DNA of 64,000 nucleotides from a bacterium (GTDB lineage Bacteria; SZUA-182; DTGQ01): NCBI GenBank assembly GCA_040752695.1, contig JBFMGO010000006.1, positions 1 to 64,000 of the forward strand, read 5' to 3'. Shown piece by piece: positions 60,938 to 64,000 of this stretch (position 1 is its first letter; each line of letters starts with the position of its first letter). The notes under the pieces were generated by a model. It saw only the letters and a program-made list of their open reading frames with translations, ran no database searches and was not told where the DNA came from. The position numbers and the translations under genes were made by a program.

Positions 60938-62458
60938 ATGCTCTTACATCAGCAATTTATTTCAATAGCCAAAAAATATGGAAACAAGCTTTTCATTATT
61001 GACCGCACTATAGGCAAAAGCTTAACATATTCAAGAGCTTTGATTGCATCCTATATTCTAGCTGATAAGCTCCAAAGATACGAGTCGGGCTTTCTTGGCA
61101 TCATGATACCGACTTCTTCCGGTTGTGCGCTGTCCATTTTGGGTACTTTAATGAGCGGGCGGACTCCTGTTATGATTAACTATGCAACCGGGGCAGCTTA
61201 TAATGCTGAATTTGCCCAAAGAAAGTGCGGTTTTAAAACTATTATAACCTCCAAAGCTCTCCTCAGGAAGATAAATTGTCGCGTGCTCAAAGGAATGGTC
61301 TTTATTGAGGACATCATGGAGAGCGTCTCAACAGTGGATAAAATAAAAGCTGCCGTGAAGTCGAAATTACCGATGAAGTTTGTGATGAAAACTATCTCTA
61401 AAGGTGACAAAGACGATACCCTGATCGTTTTGTTCACCAGTGGCAGTGAAAAGGAGCCCAAAGCCGTACCATTGACTCATCGCAATATTGTTTCGAATAT
61501 CGAAGGACTTACCCAGGTTTTCAATTTTTCCGAAAAAGATAGTATGCTGGCCAATCTTCCCTATTTCCACGTATTTGGCCAAACGGCTAATCTTTGGCTG
61601 CCCATATATCATGGCATGACAATTATCGCTTACGCTAATCCGCTCGATTATAAAACTATCTGCACTATTGCCCGTGAGGAAAAACCAACCTTGCTGGCTG
61701 GCACTCCGGCTTTTTTTAAGGGGTATCTTCAAAAATCGGAGCCGGGAGATTTTCAAAGCATCCGTATTGCCCTGACTGGTGCTGACCGGTGTCCGGATGC
61801 GCTCCTCAAGGGATTTATGGAAAAACATAATTTACCACTGCTCAACGCTTATGGAACTACCGAGACATCGCCAGCTATTTCAGTAAATACGCCGGAATTC
61901 AACAAGCCTGGAAGTGTCGGCAAGGTACTTCCCAATATGCAGGTGAGAATCGAAAATTATGAGACCGGCCAGGAATGTGCTGCCGATGAGGTAGGAAGGA
62001 TTCTGGTCAAGGGCGATTCTGTGATGAAAGGGTACCTTAATGATTTTGAGGAGACCTCAATGCACCTTCGAAATGGTTGGTATGACACTGGTGATATGGG
62101 AATTATGGACGAGGATGGATATCTCTGGCATGCGGGCAGGTTAAGGAGGTTCGTTAAAATCGGGGGGGAAATGATCTCACTGGTTCGCGTAGAGGATGTC
62201 CTGACAAAACTGCTTCCGGAGGATATCTCCTGTTGCGTTGTCGAGGCTCCCGATGCACTGAAAGGTGCCAAGATAGTTGCCGTGGTTACCCAAAAGATTG
62301 ACGAAAAACGCATCCTTGAGCAGATGGCTGAGCAACTTCCCAACATTGCACTGCCCAGACAGTTCGTGGTCATCGAGAACCTCCCAACCATGGATAATAT
62401 CAAGGTGGATTCCCGGGCCGTTGCAGAAATGGCGCTCAGCAGACTGGGTAAACGATAA
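60938..62458 (+). CDS. AMP-binding acyl-ACP/CoA synthetase (Aas C-terminal domain-like)
   Basis: LFTSGSEKEPKAV, AYGTTE, WYDTGD, GRLRRFVKIGGEMISL. Confidence 0.9.
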   Translation: MLLHQQFISIAKKYGNKLFIIDRTIGKSLTYSRALIASYILADKLQRYESGFLGIMIPTSSGCALSILGTLMSGRTPVMINYATGAAYNAEFAQRKCGFKTIITSKALLRKINCRVLKGMVFIEDIMESVSTVDKIKAAVKSKLPMKFVMKTISKGDKDDTLIVLFTSGSEKEPKAVPLTHRNIVSNIEGLTQVFNFSEKDSMLANLPYFHVFGQTANLWLPIYHGMTIIAYANPLDYKTICTIAREEKPTLLAGTPAFFKGYLQKSEPGDFQSIRIALTGADRCPDALLKGFMEKHNLPLLNAYGTTETSPAISVNTPEFNKPGSVGKVLPNMQVRIENYETGQECAADEVGRILVKGDSVMKGYLNDFEETSMHLRNGWYDTGDMGIMDEDGYLWHAGRLRRFVKIGGEMISLVRVEDVLTKLLPEDISCCVVEAPDALKGAKIVAVVTQKIDEKRILEQMAEQLPNIALPRQFVVIENLPTMDNIKVDSRAVAEMALSRLGKR

Positions 62459-62636
62459 GTGCGCACTGGACAATTACCACTATGGAATAATGTGCGGGCA
62501 GTTGGCAGTGAACAGTAAGCAGTTACCAGCATCCAACTTTCAGCTTGCCGCATCTCAACAACCAGCAGCCAGCATCTAACTTTCAGCTTCCCGCATTTCG
62601 CAGACAGCATCTCACAGCCAGTATCCGACATCCGCG

Positions 62637-63206
62637 CTACCAGACATCACCGCAAAAGTTCTGATATTCGCAATCCGCACATTGGCTCCTGTTCCTGGGC
62701 TGTATGGGCAGCAGCTCCTTTTTAATCATTTCCCGTATAGAAATCAATATATCGAGAGTCCTTCTTTTCAGCTCCCTGGTGATATGAAAAACCTCGATAT
62801 CATGCAATGGGAGCAGGTACACGAATCCCCAGTTAACCAGTATTCCGTAAAGGTCTTCCAGCAGCAGGGAATAAGCCGTCAACTGATAAAGCTGGCTTTT
62901 CGCTGGTTTTTGTCCGGTATTCCTGAATTCTACGGGGAATAAACCCTCCCTGGATTTTACCATGAGATCCAACTGGCCGCTCAGCCCCAGCCTCGTAGAA
63001 ATCAAGGGGACCTGGAATAACCGCTCTCCCTCGTCCAGGTGATATTTTTTTAGCTTGCGCCTGTGTTCAAGTTTTTCGAAAACATCCTGATAATTACCTG
63101 GTATGGGAGGAGAACATTTTTTTTCGAGTGGTAAGATATAGGAAAAAAAAACTACTCTCGGACAGTCAATGTACTGCTTAACATCGGAAATATTAAAAGT
63201 GATCAC
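62637..63206 (-). CDS. cas4: Cas4 family Fe-S nuclease homologue (motif III K to R)
   Basis: KQYIDCPR, LGLSGQLD, PVEFR, QLTAY, CADCEYQNFC. Confidence 0.88.
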   Translation of the reverse strand: MITFNISDVKQYIDCPRVVFFSYILPLEKKCSPPIPGNYQDVFEKLEHRRKLKKYHLDEGERLFQVPLISTRLGLSGQLDLMVKSREGLFPVEFRNTGQKPAKSQLYQLTAYSLLLEDLYGILVNWGFVYLLPLHDIEVFHITRELKRRTLDILISIREMIKKELLPIQPRNRSQCADCEYQNFCGDVW

Positions 63207-63385
63207 TTATTCAGTACCTTCTTTCACAAGGGGGCATATAATGCTCTCATGATCCAGCCATAATGAGGTCACCTGGAATTCTCGAATTCCTTCCATGGTC
63301 GCTAACGGCTCCCCTTCCCCCCTTGGAAGAGGGAGAAGAGGAAGTATTCAGGGATAGAGGCATATTACTCATTGTTTATTACTCA

Positions 63386-64000
63386 TCAGGCCCACTCTTT
63401 GAAGCGAAAGGGCTTATATTTTTTCTCACCCTGGAGAAAAGCGGCCAGACGCCGGGCCTGGATCTGAATAATCGATTTGATCCGATATTCTTTCCCTTCA
63501 TACACTTCACTGGATTCAAGCCGCTCCAGAATTTTTTTGGCAATGGACTGCCGTGTTTCCGGATACAATAATCCATTGTGCATGCGACATATTTCCCCCA
63601 TACTCACCTGGGTAATAATCGGGAGGTCCACAATCGGCTGTCTGAATTCCTTAACCAGGTCCAGCACCAGTGAGGATTTGCCCGGCTGGTCCTCTACATG
63701 CATAAAACCCGCAAAAGGTTCGAGACCTGCATGCAGGACTGCGCCCCACACTTGTGAATATAAAAGTCCATATCCATAGTTCAGCATCGCACTCACAATC
63801 TGCCCGGCATGCTGGTAGACTCGGCCAAGGAATTCGAATTTAAGGTCAATGATCTTGCTCAGACCATCCCAATACATTCTTTCCCCCTCTCCATCGATAT
63901 CCATCAGTGCAGATCGAACTTCATCGATGTTTTCCCCTTGGATCCTCCTGACTCTTGCCTTCAATAGCTTGATGGATCGGGCAGCCTCCTGAACCTTTCC
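63386..64000 (-). CDS. cas1: Cas1 homologue, 5' part beyond window edge, altered catalytic residues
   Basis: MLNYGYGLLY, GLEPFAGFMH, SLVLDLVKEFRQPIVD, QARRLAAFLQGEKKYKPF; frame open to base 64000. Confidence 0.9.
   Translation of the reverse strand, partial: GKVQEAARSIKLLKARVRRIQGENIDEVRSALMDIDGEGERMYWDGLSKIIDLKFEFLGRVYQHAGQIVSAMLNYGYGLLYSQVWGAVLHAGLEPFAGFMHVEDQPGKSSLVLDLVKEFRQPIVDLPIITQVSMGEICRMHNGLLYPETRQSIAKKILERLESSEVYEGKEYRIKSIIQIQARRLAAFLQGEKKYKPFRFKEWA

Noticed and set aside
62459..62636. CRISPR array downstream of cas4
   Set aside because: Low-complexity heptamer-like tract without constant repeats and unique spacers
63207..63385. cas2 between cas1 and cas4
   Set aside because: Only 179 bp, with no ORF resembling Cas2 (no YDI-type motif)

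Overview
Bacterial chromosomal window; gene content suggests a Gram-negative anaerobe related to Desulfobacterota/deltaproteobacteria (cytochrome c3, rubrerythrin, GSU3473-like protein), which is an inference. It contains recD2; exported proteins (FG-GAP protein, tetraheme cytochrome c3, lipoprotein-type acetolactate decarboxylase, a PEP-CTERM/GEVED protein, an SdrD-B adhesin with thioester-domain-like motifs); a dnaK-grpE-cbpA-cbpM-htpG operon behind a sigma54/IHF promoter; an SCP2 protein plus a glycyl-radical activase with no partner enzyme; rubrerythrin/rubredoxin, phoU, a porin and mutM; ilvD-ilvB-ilvB-ilvN-ilvN-ilvC-psd; gmhA, tlyA, a PPIase and sppA; glycosyltransferases, a metallophosphoesterase and a B12 radical SAM enzyme; an internally deleted PocR hybrid kinase; a 3x cohesin + dockerin protein; a large PKD/beta-helix protein; and an AMP-binding enzyme. 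At the right edge is a cas1 (partial)-cas4 pair. Strongest leads: (1) both Cas proteins keep open frames but carry substitutions at catalytic positions, with no cas2 between them and no array in the window; (2) many locus-specific short tandem repeats start at stop codons, and others are in-frame insertions in proteins. No tRNA, rRNA, transposase or CRISPR array was seen. All family calls are by motif recognition, not database search.
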